Of a stretch of 44,219 nt of DNA, positions 10,377 through 20,700 are shown in pieces. Source of the stretch: a virus. Taxonomy: Duplodnaviria; Caudoviricetes. The first letter of the stretch is position 1; the number at the start of each line of letters is the position of its first letter. The translations under genes were made by a program, and so were the position numbers. Location of the stretch: positions 1-44,219 of the IMG/VR virus record IMGVR_UViG_3300037041_000666; one strand, 5' to 3'. The notes below the pieces were generated by a model. It saw nothing but the letters and a program-made list of their open reading frames with translations. It did no database searches and had not been told where the DNA came from.

Positions 10377-10574
10377 ATGAAAGAATTTATGTTAGCTCGA
10401 TTGGAAGAAGCTTCGACTTGGCGGTCTATGATATGGGTGTTAACAAGTTTTGGTTTGGTTGCATTTAAAGGTGAGCAAGCAGAAGCGATTGTCGCGTTGG
10501 GCATGTGTCTTGCTGGCGGTGTTGGTATCGCTGCCCCTGACAAGTTGTTCAAACGCACTGATACAAAACTGTAA
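10377..10574 (+). CDS. Holin-like small membrane protein
   Basis: AAGGA RBS; RLEEASTWR followed by two hydrophobic helices and a basic C-terminus. Confidence 0.6.
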   Translation: MKEFMLARLEEASTWRSMIWVLTSFGLVAFKGEQAEAIVALGMCLAGGVGIAAPDKLFKRTDTKL

Positions 10575-10665
10575 AGTAAGACCTGCTATAATATCACCTA
10601 TAGGCTGGACTAACGCCACTGTTGACGGTGGACAAATGACACTCTCTTGTAAGGTATGGGAATAA
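10471..10665 (+). CDS. Lipoprotein overlapping the holin in +1 frame (o-spanin-like)
   Basis: Basic N-region, hydrophobic core and lipobox LTSC; its stop is coupled (TAATG) to the next ATG; start uncertain (TTG 10450 or GTG 10471). Confidence 0.55.
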   Translation: MSKQKRLSRWACVLLAVLVSLPLTSCSNALIQNCKVRPAIISPIGWTNATVDGGQMTLSCKVWE

Positions 10666-10904
10666 TGACTATAAAACCGATTGTAATAAGTTCAGCCGCG
10701 AAGTTAATCTTAGGTACGACCCTTTGGACTAATGTTCGTCATCTTGTGTCGTCTATCGATACAGATAAAAACCTAACAGGTGCTGAGAAACGAGCCTCTG
10801 TGCTTGCTGATTTACGGGCTATCGTTGGTGAGGTTAGTACAGTCGTATTAAACTGCGCTATCGAAATCGCTACGCTTTGGGTTAGAAGTTTAACCGTTAA
10901 ATAA
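10665..10904 (+). CDS. Hypothetical lysis-region protein
   Basis: LTGAEKRASV...IEIA helical motif seen in holin-associated proteins; alternative start 10656. Confidence 0.5.
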   Translation: MTIKPIVISSAAKLILGTTLWTNVRHLVSSIDTDKNLTGAEKRASVLADLRAIVGEVSTVVLNCAIEIATLWVRSLTVK

Positions 10905-10913
10905 GGATACAAC

Positions 10914-11978
10914 ATGCCAAGCATTTATTCCCCCTCGTTACGTTTAGAGCTTATCGGTAACGGTGAACAAGCGGGTAGTTGGGGTACGACTACTAATAAA
11001 AATTTAGGTACGTTATTAGAACAATCAATCGCTGGCGTAAAAGCGATAACAATGTTCAACGCTACTTATACACTATCCGCATTAAGCGGTGTTACTGACG
11101 AAGCTAGGCAAGCAGTTCTTGTTGTTAGTGGAACTAATTCAGCTATTCGTGCAGTTGTAGCGCCTTTGGCCGTAAAGACTTATACAATTGTTAACAACAC
11201 AAGTGGTGGATTTGCCATAACCATCGGTGCGGTTAGTGGTGCAGTTGTTACTGTCCCTAGCGGTGCTACGATGAACGTATACTGTGACGGTACCAAGTTT
11301 GTAGAGGCCAAACCTTATAGCGCTACAGTGGCGGCTGGTTTATCTACAACACTTGCGGTAACTTCTGGTGGCACAGGCGTAACCACTAGCACAGGATCTG
11401 GGGCAACAGTTCGTTCTATTACACCCACATTGGTAACCCCTCTGTTAGGTACGCCAACTTCTGGGGTATTAACAAACTGTACAGGTCTCCCTATAGCTAC
11501 AGGTATTACTGGCGCGGCTGCTGGTGCAGCTACGTTTTTAACAACGCCTACCAGTGCTAATTTAAAAGCTTTAGTTACAGACGAAGTAGGTTCAGGTGCA
11601 TTGGTATTTGCCACATCACCAACCTTAGTCACTCCTGTCTTAGGAACACCAGCCTCTGGTGTGTTAACCAACTGTACAGGTAAGAATTTATGTAAAGCGT
11701 TTGTTGCCTTTGATGGTAACACAGGAACGATAATATCCTCACTCAACGTAACTAGCGTAACAAGATCAGGTGTGGGTATTTATGTGGTCAACATGACCAC
11801 CGCATTAGCAAGCACAGCGTACACGATTGTTACCGGATATGATGATGCGTCTGGACAATCAAACACTATAAATGCAGGAACCACAAGGACAGTGTCGAGT
11901 TTTAATATGGGTTGCGCAAATTCAAATAGCGGAGCAAATAGAGATGCCGATTACATTACCGCTGCTGTTTTTGCATAG
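10914..11978 (+). CDS. Tail fibre / baseplate-like protein
   Basis: LRLELIGNGEQAGSWG N-terminus; two PTLVTPxLGTPxSGVLTNCTG repeats; KAFVAFDG...NVTSVTR C-terminal domain. Confidence 0.65.
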   Translation: MPSIYSPSLRLELIGNGEQAGSWGTTTNKNLGTLLEQSIAGVKAITMFNATYTLSALSGVTDEARQAVLVVSGTNSAIRAVVAPLAVKTYTIVNNTSGGFAITIGAVSGAVVTVPSGATMNVYCDGTKFVEAKPYSATVAAGLSTTLAVTSGGTGVTTSTGSGATVRSITPTLVTPLLGTPTSGVLTNCTGLPIATGITGAAAGAATFLTTPTSANLKALVTDEVGSGALVFATSPTLVTPVLGTPASGVLTNCTGKNLCKAFVAFDGNTGTIISSLNVTSVTRSGVGIYVVNMTTALASTAYTIVTGYDDASGQSNTINAGTTRTVSSFNMGCANSNSGANRDADYITAAVFA

Positions 11979-11987
11979 GTGCAGACA

Positions 11988-12428
11988 ATGAATATTATTT
12001 GGAAAAAACCGGATCTAAGTTTAGCGATAACGTCTGTCAATAATGTGGACAACATACAAACGTATGCCGAACAGTTAAAAACATGGGGTATTATCCCTAC
12101 TGATTGGATAGCGCTTGGATTTAATATACAAACACCAACCTCTGAATCTCCAGAGAATTGGCTGTTTAGCAACGGTGTTATCACTGTTAATCCTGTTAAA
12201 CAAACAATTGTTCCGAGCATAACTATGCGTCAAGCACGTCTTGCTCTTTTATCGTATGGGTTGCTTGATAATGTTGAGATGCTGATCGTACAACCTAATG
12301 ATAAAATTTGGTGGGAGTATTCTCCAACCGTAGAACGTAATAACAGTTTAGTCATTCAGGTGTTAACCGCACTTGGTAAGTCTTCAGCACAAATAGATGA
12401 GATGTTCATCCAAGCGGCACTGCTCTAA
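11988..12428 (+). CDS. Tail fibre assembly-like protein
   Basis: VPSITMRQARLALL...WEYS...IDEMF motif typical of genes following fibres. Confidence 0.55.
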   Translation: MNIIWKKPDLSLAITSVNNVDNIQTYAEQLKTWGIIPTDWIALGFNIQTPTSESPENWLFSNGVITVNPVKQTIVPSITMRQARLALLSYGLLDNVEMLIVQPNDKIWWEYSPTVERNNSLVIQVLTALGKSSAQIDEMFIQAALL

Positions 12429-12964
12429 TGGAAAATAACTTTGCTCCCTCACTGCGACACGTCCTGATCAAGGAAGCTGGGTTTCAAGATGATCCTCGTG
12501 ATCGAGGAAACCGATTACCGGATGGGCGTGAAGGCTGCACCAACTTAGGTGTTACGCAAGCAGTTTGGGAATCTTTTGTTGGTCATCCTGTGTCTAGAGA
12601 TGATATGAAACGCTTAAACACTGAGCGAGTCTCTCGGCTGTATAAACACAAGTATTGGAATGCTGTACGTGGAGATGATTTACCTAGCGGCATTGATTAT
12701 ATGGTGTTTGACTTCGGTGTAAACGCAGGGCCAGGACGAGCAATAAAACTTCTTCAGTCTGTCGTCGGTACAACTGTTGATGGCGCTATCGGTCCGAAGA
12801 CACTTGACGCTGTTAAAAAAGTACCAATCGAAACACTCATGGTAGAATACACACAAGCGAAAGAAGATTACTATAAGTCTTGTGTTGAGTTCCCAATATA
12901 TGGTAGAGGTTGGTTGGCTCGAAACGCAGAGGCTAAGAATATAGCAAGCACCCTAATAGGATAG
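12428..12964 (+). CDS. Endolysin, glycoside hydrolase family 108
   Basis: EAGF.DDPRDRG, TNLGVT, YW...GDDLP.G.D..VFDFGVNAGP, VDGAIGPKT, YGRGWL.R. Confidence 0.9.
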   Translation: MENNFAPSLRHVLIKEAGFQDDPRDRGNRLPDGREGCTNLGVTQAVWESFVGHPVSRDDMKRLNTERVSRLYKHKYWNAVRGDDLPSGIDYMVFDFGVNAGPGRAIKLLQSVVGTTVDGAIGPKTLDAVKKVPIETLMVEYTQAKEDYYKSCVEFPIYGRGWLARNAEAKNIASTLIG

Positions 12965-12967
12965 ATT

Positions 12968-14878
12968 ATGCCGTTACAGAAGCTAGTTTTACGCCCTGGA
13001 ATAAACAAGGAAAACACGAATTACGGTGGAGAAGGCGGGTGGTACGACTGCGATAAAGTTAGATTTCGTTCTGGAAACCCTGAGAAAATTGGGGGTTGGG
13101 TACGTGTAAGTGACGCTCAATATCAAGGTTTGGCACGATCGCTTTGGAACTGGACAAACTATGCAGGCGATAATTATTTAGGCGTAGGGACCAATCTAAA
13201 GTATTATATTGAAGAAGGGAACGTCTATAACGATATCACCCCTATTCGTCGAACTTTTTCTACAACAACGACCGACAACTGTTTTGCAACCACTATCGGT
13301 TCAAACATAGTCACCGTAACCATCAGCGCTAACGGTTCTTCCACAAATGATTTTGTTACCTTCTCTGGTGCTACTGCAGTAGGTGGTATACCTGCGCTCA
13401 GTCTTAATTTAGAGCTTCAGGTAACCACGCTCACCTCCGATACTTTTACCATAGTAACTGACACAGCGGCAACATCAACTGTCACTGCGGGCGGTGGCAC
13501 TGCGATAGTGGCGGCTTTTCAATTAACCACAGGACCTACCGTTTACTCGGTCGGTACGGGTTGGGGCGCAGGTGGTTGGGGTGTTGTTGGATGGGGACTG
13601 GCATCGCCTACATCTGGTGTGGGCAACCAACTCTTGTTATGGACAAATGATAACTACGGGCAAGATCTTGTAATAGCGCAACGTGGTGGTGGTATACACT
13701 ACTGGAAAAATAGTTGGGGTGTTACCCATAGAGCCGAGTCTTTACAAACATTGTCAACCGATGAAGGATTTGCTGGCACTTACGTTCCACATAATGTGAG
13801 CCAAATAATGTCCAGTTCCATACAGCGGTTTGTTATCGCTTTTGGAGCAAACCCCTATCTATACGGATCGCCAAACAATGATTTTGATCCTATGTTGGTA
13901 CGATGGTCAGATCAAGAAAACCCGTACCAATGGGTGCCAGATATTACCAATCAGTCAGGTGAGTTTAGACTGACTCACGGATCTTACATCGTCACCTCAC
14001 TTACATCACGACAAGAAAACTTGGTATGGACTGACTCAGCGTTATACTCAATGCAGTATTTGGGTGCACCTTATGTGTGGTCATTTAACCTGCTGATGGA
14101 TAACATCTCCATCGTATCGCCAAACTCTGTTGTTATGGCTAATGATATCGTCTATTGGATGGGTGTGGATAAGTTCTATATGTATTCTGGTAAAGTCGGT
14201 ACACTGCCATGCACGCTAAAACAGTTTGTGTTTGAGGACTTTAACTACAGCCAAACCTTTCAAGTATTTTCTGGCGGTAACTCTGGCTATAACGAAGTGT
14301 GGTGGTTTTACTGTTCCGAGTATTCGACTATTATTGACAAGTATGTTATCTATAATTATTTAGATGATGTGTGGTACCACGGCTCCTTATCGCGATCAGC
14401 GTGGTTAGACTCGGCTACAAGAACTTTCCCCATCTCTGCTGACTATAATAACAGACTGCTGTATCACGAAGCTTCTGTTGACGATGTCTCTGGAGAGCTC
14501 GCTGAACCTATTTATTCGTATGTAACTTCTTCTGATTATGATATTGAAGACGGTCAGCACTTTGGTTTTATATGGCGTATGTTACCGGACGTTAACTTTA
14601 ACGGATCGACTGTCAATAACCCGTATGTCGATATGACGATTGTACCTAGAAGAAACTCTGGAGATCCCTACGGCACGGCTGTCAGTCCTGTGGTGACCAG
14701 TGCAGATAACTACGCTGCACCAAACCCTAGTGTGTACGTCATACAAGAGTTCACAGGTCAGGTCTACACTCGACTACGAGGCCGACAAATGAGTTTTAAA
14801 ATAGAGTCAACCTCATTAGGTGTCGCTTGGCAGTTAGGTGCTATGCGTGTCGATACACGTCTTGATGGTCGTAGATAA
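12968..14878 (+). CDS. Tail hub / packaged-DNA stabilisation protein (P22 gp10-like)
   Basis: MPLQKL.LRPGI...DKVRFR.G.PEKIGGW...DPMLVRWSDQEN...DGRR; beta-propeller-like composition. Confidence 0.7.
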   Translation: MPLQKLVLRPGINKENTNYGGEGGWYDCDKVRFRSGNPEKIGGWVRVSDAQYQGLARSLWNWTNYAGDNYLGVGTNLKYYIEEGNVYNDITPIRRTFSTTTTDNCFATTIGSNIVTVTISANGSSTNDFVTFSGATAVGGIPALSLNLELQVTTLTSDTFTIVTDTAATSTVTAGGGTAIVAAFQLTTGPTVYSVGTGWGAGGWGVVGWGLASPTSGVGNQLLLWTNDNYGQDLVIAQRGGGIHYWKNSWGVTHRAESLQTLSTDEGFAGTYVPHNVSQIMSSSIQRFVIAFGANPYLYGSPNNDFDPMLVRWSDQENPYQWVPDITNQSGEFRLTHGSYIVTSLTSRQENLVWTDSALYSMQYLGAPYVWSFNLLMDNISIVSPNSVVMANDIVYWMGVDKFYMYSGKVGTLPCTLKQFVFEDFNYSQTFQVFSGGNSGYNEVWWFYCSEYSTIIDKYVIYNYLDDVWYHGSLSRSAWLDSATRTFPISADYNNRLLYHEASVDDVSGELAEPIYSYVTSSDYDIEDGQHFGFIWRMLPDVNFNGSTVNNPYVDMTIVPRRNSGDPYGTAVSPVVTSADNYAAPNPSVYVIQEFTGQVYTRLRGRQMSFKIESTSLGVAWQLGAMRVDTRLDGRR

Positions 14879-14881
14879 ACT

Positions 14882-15544
14882 ATGATAGTTAAAACAGTAC
14901 GGCTAATCCCTTCAAAAGCACCTGCGCTACCCATTGCGCCTAATAAATACGACATCTCGCATTTTAATATCTATAGTCGAATCTTAAGACTGTATTTTAA
15001 TCAAATCGATAACTTGTTTGAAAGTATATTGGGCATTACTGGAACCAAAACACTGCGTTCAGTCTATGGTAGTTTTTACGATACGACCAATCAAACAGCA
15101 GTCGCTGCAACAGTAACACCGATAACGGTAAATACCACAGCCGTTGCTAATGAGGTGTATATCGGTACGCCCACCTCACGGGTCTATGTTACTAACGCAG
15201 GTGTGTACAACATTCAGTTTAGTTTACAGTTAGCTAATACAGGCACCGGTACACCCAATATAGATAACGTCACCGTATGGTTTAGACTCAATGGTGTAGA
15301 TATACCCAACTCTGCCAGTATTATGGAAGTTCAGCCAAGACGGGGTTCAGTTGACGGGCATACCATATTAGCGTTGAACTTTATGTTAGAGATGAATGCG
15401 ACCGATTATGTCGAACTCTATTGGACGACCGATACCGGTACTACGCAGATTCTAACCTACACATCATCTACTATACCACCCGTGCATCCGGCCTCGCCTG
15501 CTGTTATACTAACGGTAAGTTTTGTATCAGCCTTGGCGAATTAA
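14882..15544 (+). CDS. Tail needle/knob-like structural protein
   Basis: Follows the gp10-like gene; N-terminal helix plus C1q/TNF-like AGVYNIQFSLQ...DYVELYW domain. Confidence 0.5.
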   Translation: MIVKTVRLIPSKAPALPIAPNKYDISHFNIYSRILRLYFNQIDNLFESILGITGTKTLRSVYGSFYDTTNQTAVAATVTPITVNTTAVANEVYIGTPTSRVYVTNAGVYNIQFSLQLANTGTGTPNIDNVTVWFRLNGVDIPNSASIMEVQPRRGSVDGHTILALNFMLEMNATDYVELYWTTDTGTTQILTYTSSTIPPVHPASPAVILTVSFVSALAN

Positions 15545-15546
15545 CG

Positions 15547-15963
15547 ATGAGCAATCTAGCACTATTAGGCACAATGCCTGAGATACTACAAATAGAACAA
15601 GAGATCTTAAAACTCCCTCAAGTAGAGTGCCCTGTTACGCATTATCAGATCGAAGGGGTGTATGTTAGAAGTATGTTCATCCCTGCGGGTACAATGCTAA
15701 CAGGTGCGATACATAATTTTGAAAACATAGCCATCCTTGCTCAAGGTACAATCCGAATCACTAACGGTTCTGAATCTTACGTTTTAACTGCTCCACATAT
15801 CTTGGTGGATAAACCTGGCGTCAAACGCTTAGGCTATGCAGAAACAGATGTGACTTTTATAACTGTACACAGAACAGACAACGTGGAGATAGACGACCTT
15901 GAAAAAGAACTTGTCTCTAAAACTTTTGAAGAATACGAACAGCAACTGCTGTTAGGAGTTTAG
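15547..15963 (+). CDS. Cupin-fold phage protein
   Basis: PVTH...GVYVRSMFIPAG..LTGAIH...PGVKR...FITVH. Confidence 0.6.
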   Translation: MSNLALLGTMPEILQIEQEILKLPQVECPVTHYQIEGVYVRSMFIPAGTMLTGAIHNFENIAILAQGTIRITNGSESYVLTAPHILVDKPGVKRLGYAETDVTFITVHRTDNVEIDDLEKELVSKTFEEYEQQLLLGV

Positions 15964-15964
15964 C

Positions 15965-17371
15965 ATGGCGTTTATCATTTCAGGAGCAGCAGCGGCAACA
16001 GCGGCCTTGGCAACTTCAGCAGTGGCTGCTGGAACTTTAGGGTTAACCGCAGGTGCTATTGGCGCTATCGGTTCTGCTGTCGGTGGAGGTTTAGCGGCAG
16101 GTGCGTTAGGCGCTGGTCTTGGTGCTGGTACAGCCGCTCTTACAGGCGGTGATGTTGGTAAAGGTGCGTTAATGGGCGGTGTTGGTGGCGCGCTTACTGG
16201 CGGCCTTGCTAGTGGTATTGGTGCCGCTGGAGGCGCTGCGGCTGCTAGTACAGGTGCTTCCACTGCTATTGGTGCAGGTGCCGGTGCGGCAGGTGGTGCG
16301 GCAGGGTCTGCTGTTGGTGGAGAAGATCCTTTAAAAGGTGCGTTGATGGGTGGTGTCGCTGGAGGCATTGGAGGATATGCAAAAGGAGTAGATAGCATTG
16401 CTACTGGAACTTCTGGAACTTCTGGAACTACAGGTACAGCCAGTCAAACTGGTTTAGCAAGTGTTAGTCCTACATTGTCAACACCGACCAGTGGAAGCGC
16501 TATGCCACAAATGGGTCTTAAAGGGATAGACACTTCTTTGTCAGCAAATATACCTACAGGTAGTTTGGGAACTGCTGGACAACAAGGTATAGTTGCCAAA
16601 CCTCCAGGGTTTCTAGAACAGGGAATGAATTTAATTACAAAACATCCAGGTACGGCTATGCAGGTAGCTGGGCTAGGTCTAGGTATGCTCGGTTCTCCAC
16701 AACAGCAAGCACAAGGACAACAATTACAATCTACAAACGTACCTGACTATACATCTGATAACTTCCAACGCTATCAAGCGACTCCTTATTACGCGGAGGG
16801 TGGTGAAGTACAAGCGCCTCAAGGTGCGCCTCAAGGTCCGATGAACCCGATTGTCGCTAAAGCGATGGCTGCTCAACAAGCACAAATGCAACAGCAAGCA
16901 CCTCAACCTGCGCCTATGCAACCAGTACAACCTATGCAACCAGTACAACCTACACCCATGCAACCTACCCCTCAACCTACCCCTCAACCTACCCCTCAAG
17001 TTGCCCCTCAACAAGGGATCGCCCAACCACAACAACCTATCGGTATGGCAAGTGGTGGGATTACGGATGGTTATAACTTGGGTGGCTATGCGCATGGCGG
17101 TATACCACGTTTATTGAGTGGGGAAGGCGATGGGGTTGATGACCAAATACCCGCCACCATAGGTGCCGACGGAAAACAACCCGCAAGACTTGCAAATAAT
17201 GAATTTGTCATTCCTGCAAGGGCGGTATCTGAGTTAGGAAACGGCTCTTCAGAAGCTGGTGGAAAGATGTTACAAAACATGGTTGATCGTATTCAAGCAC
17301 GTAGATCCAAAACTGTCGGTAAAGGCAAGATTGCTGTAAACAGCAAAGCGGTTAAGGACTTGCCCGCATGA
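15965..17371 (+). CDS. Ejection / internal virion protein
   Basis: Gly/Ala hydrophobic N-terminus, P/Q linker, C-terminal GEGDGVDDQIPA...RLANNEFV domain. Confidence 0.65.
   Translation: MAFIISGAAAATAALATSAVAAGTLGLTAGAIGAIGSAVGGGLAAGALGAGLGAGTAALTGGDVGKGALMGGVGGALTGGLASGIGAAGGAAAASTGASTAIGAGAGAAGGAAGSAVGGEDPLKGALMGGVAGGIGGYAKGVDSIATGTSGTSGTTGTASQTGLASVSPTLSTPTSGSAMPQMGLKGIDTSLSANIPTGSLGTAGQQGIVAKPPGFLEQGMNLITKHPGTAMQVAGLGLGMLGSPQQQAQGQQLQSTNVPDYTSDNFQRYQATPYYAEGGEVQAPQGAPQGPMNPIVAKAMAAQQAQMQQQAPQPAPMQPVQPMQPVQPTPMQPTPQPTPQPTPQVAPQQGIAQPQQPIGMASGGITDGYNLGGYAHGGIPRLLSGEGDGVDDQIPATIGADGKQPARLANNEFVIPARAVSELGNGSSEAGGKMLQNMVDRIQARRSKTVGKGKIAVNSKAVKDLPA
16913..16996 (+). repeat. Coding tandem repeats (PMQPVQ x2, QPTP x3)
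   Basis: cctatgcaaccagtacaa x2 and caacctacccct x3. Confidence 0.9.
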
Positions 17372-17790
17372 TAACGGTGCGGTACGTTGACCCTATTTAT
17401 ATTCAACAATTGTGGTCTACTGTAAAGCCTTGGTTTACACCTGTGTTTGAAAAGAGTCAATTGGCTAACTATTACTCGATAGATAATTTGAAAGACTATG
17501 TTATCAGAGGTGAGCAAACGCTTCTGATCGGGATCGATGACAGTCAACAAATACAAGCGGCTGTCACTGTCCAATGGTCTAATTACCCTAACGCCAGAGT
17601 AGCGTATATAACCGCATTTGGTGGTAATATAGGTAAAGAAATTGAAGTATATGACACTTTCATGGATTGGTTAAAATCTATGGGTGCAACACGTGTAGAG
17701 TGTTCAGCAAGACCCTCAGTCGCCCGACTGCTAAGAAACAAAATGGGTTTTACTGCAAGTAAACAAATCAATGTGGAACTACTATTATGA
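17368..17790 (+). CDS. GNAT-fold protein (P22 gp14-like position)
   Basis: YPNARVAYITAFGG...GATRVEC..R..VARLL..MGF. Confidence 0.6.
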   Translation: MITVRYVDPIYIQQLWSTVKPWFTPVFEKSQLANYYSIDNLKDYVIRGEQTLLIGIDDSQQIQAAVTVQWSNYPNARVAYITAFGGNIGKEIEVYDTFMDWLKSMGATRVECSARPSVARLLRNKMGFTASKQINVELLL

Positions 17791-20700
17791 TATTCAAATT
17801 AAAAAACCTACACAAATTCTTTTTCACGTATATCTGCCCTACTTTCTATGGCAGTACGCCCCCGCCTGCACCTTCTACGACAACACAGAATCAGAATGTA
17901 AACAGCATTCCTGGCGAGCTAATGCCTTTTGCATTAGGCAATCTGCAAGCTGCAAAGAAGCAACTGTTTACCACAGACAGTAAAGGTAAGATCACCGGCT
18001 ATCAGCCGTACACGCCTTATAGCACCGATGCGAATAAATACGTAGCGGGTTTTAGTGGAATGCAAACGCAAGCGCAACAAGGTGCGGCTAATTTACAAAT
18101 GCCCGGTCAGATGAGTGCCGCGACAGGTATAGCCGGTGCAAGTTCGTTAGGTGCATTGGGTGCAGGTAACCAGTACGCTCAACAAGCAACAGATCCAAAC
18201 TCGATCGCTGCGTACATGTCACCGTACATGCAGAACGTCACCGACTATCAGACTCAACAAGCGAACAGACAGTTTGATATTACCGGTGCTAGTGCGATGG
18301 GTGCCGCTTCGCGTGCTGGTGCGTTTGGTGGTAGCCGTGAGGCGCTGATGGCGGCTGAGAACGAGCGTAACCGTAACCAAGCGATCACAGGGATTCAAGC
18401 AACCGGAGCACAGAACGCTTTTCAAAATGCTCAATCCGCACAACAGTTTGGTGCTAGTCTTGGACTGCAAGGTTATCAGACCGGTATTCAAGGTGCGCAA
18501 CTGTTGGGTAACCTTGGCGAGCAACAACTCGGTATGGAAACTGGCATCCTTAATACGCAAAATCAATACGGTGCTGAACAACAAGCCAGAGAACAAGCAC
18601 TCATTAATCAGAATGTCAAGACTTGGGAGAACCAACAGAACCAACCTTACCGTGCGATGGATGTTATGTCTGGGCTTATTCGCGGTACACCTATTAACAC
18701 GTCTTCAACAACAGCAACGACTTCTGTTGCTAACCCTAGTTACGCGCAACAAGTGGGTGGTTTGCTCGGTACGGCTGGAAGCTTGTACGGTGCGTATAAA
18801 GGTAAAGCGAATGGTGGTATTGTCCAAGCGTACGCTGGTGGTGGCGTTACCGAAACGGTTGAAAATAGCATGGAAGCCAAGCTACGCGACATGTCGCCTG
18901 AACAACTACGCGCCTACCTGCCTTCCATAACCAGTCAAGAAGAACTAAATATCGCTAAGATGATATTGGCTGAAGAAGTACCACAAATGGCGACTGGTGG
19001 TATTGTTGGGTATGCTCAAGGCGGTCAGTTGGGTTGGAGAGAACAACTCGAATTGACCCAACAAGAAATGAAAGCCAACGATTACAGGGCGCATGGTTGG
19101 ACAGATGAGGATATTGCAAATTACAAATCTTCCGGTCGAGTTCCTTTAGATCCTAAGAAACAACTTGAAACCATCCCTGGGGAAACAGCCACAAGTAAAA
19201 CCATTAAAGAGCCTATAAGATCAACACGAGTTGCGCCAGAACCTCTGCCCGAAGTTACGCCTTATGAATCTACTCTCGAACCCGGAAAAGGTATCAGTAC
19301 GGAAGTAAAAACACCTTGGCAAACAGAGAGTCCTTTTACAGCAGAAGAACTTAAATCAGGTATCAAATCTGCTGGTAAAAAAGTTTTAAGCGGTGTTGGC
19401 AAAGTGGGTAAAGGTTTAGGCATCGCTGGAGCAGCGCTAGGTCTTGCCGAAGCCGGATCTGAAACGTCAGAATTAGATAACTATTTAGCGGTTCGAGCAA
19501 GGCGTGGTGACGAAGATGCTAAGAAAATATTAGCGTCAGGTGGATCTGACCCGTATCTTGAAGCTCTTAAAAAACCAGTGCGAGAAGCTATACACAATAT
19601 GGATGTTGGCGCTGCGTGGGATTATCTGAAAGAAAAATTGAGTTCACAACCTTCTGTCCCAGAAGCTGCTAAAACTGAACAGCCAGAAGAACCAACAGGC
19701 ATAGCGGCTGCACAAAAAGAATCTACACCGCCTGTGGCGAGCACTGCAAACTTACCCGGTAGTGTTATGGAGCAGCAAGCAAACAAAATAAATTTAGCTG
19801 ACTCTGCTGAAATGACTGGCATTAAAGGTGCAGCACCTGAAGATCGAGTGTACCCACAAGAAGTGGGTAGAGTGTTTGATCGACAAGGTTTGAACGCTAA
19901 TGTGGTTTCTAGCGCATATCAACCTTCTGAAGAACCTACGGTACAACAAGCGCCTGAAGATGATGGTTTGTCTGAACAGCGAGCGACTGCGGCTAAGACA
20001 CCTTTGCAGATCATGGAAGAGCAAAATGCGGAAAGAGAAAAGGCAGGTATCAAATCACCTGATCAAATCTCTGCCGAGCAACGCAAAGAAATCATGGCTG
20101 AGAAGTCAAACATCGGTGAGGAAAGCAAACGTCAGATGTACTTACGCATGGCTGAGTTCTTCTCGAACTGGGGATCTACACCTGGCTTACCGTTGGTTGC
20201 AGGTCTTAAGGCGATGAAGGATACCATACCAGGTGTTATGTCTGACAGTAAAGAAGACCATGCGGCTTATAAGGCTGTTAACAAATCGTTACGCGATCTT
20301 GAACATGCCACCGAGCTTGAGAAAGCAGGGCACTTCGACAAAGCCTATGCGATCAAAGAACAAGCCTCTGCTACCGTACTTAAACACAAAGAGAAAGTCG
20401 CTGAGTGGTCGAACAGAAGGTGGGAAATTCAAGAGGAACAAAAAGGAGCAAAAGAAAGAGCACAAATAGCTGCTGATACATCTATAGAAGGTCATAAGAT
20501 TAGTGCAAATGCACAAAGAGCTGGAACTAATCCAGCAGCGCTTAGGGAACAACATCTTAGAACAATTATGAGCAGTATTGATAGAGAACTTGGACTTAAA
20601 TCTAAAGAATTAGCAACTCAGTTGGGAAATGCAAACCTATTCCCAAATGCGCCAAATAACATTCCGCAATTGAAAAAAGAAATATCCGATCTTACAGTTA

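Noticed and set aside
11976-12970. TAG stops followed by in-frame genes (11978, 12964), suggesting amber recoding or readthrough
   Set aside because: Other TAG stops are followed by out-of-frame genes, TAA stops show the same 3 nt spacing, and genes are intact under the standard code
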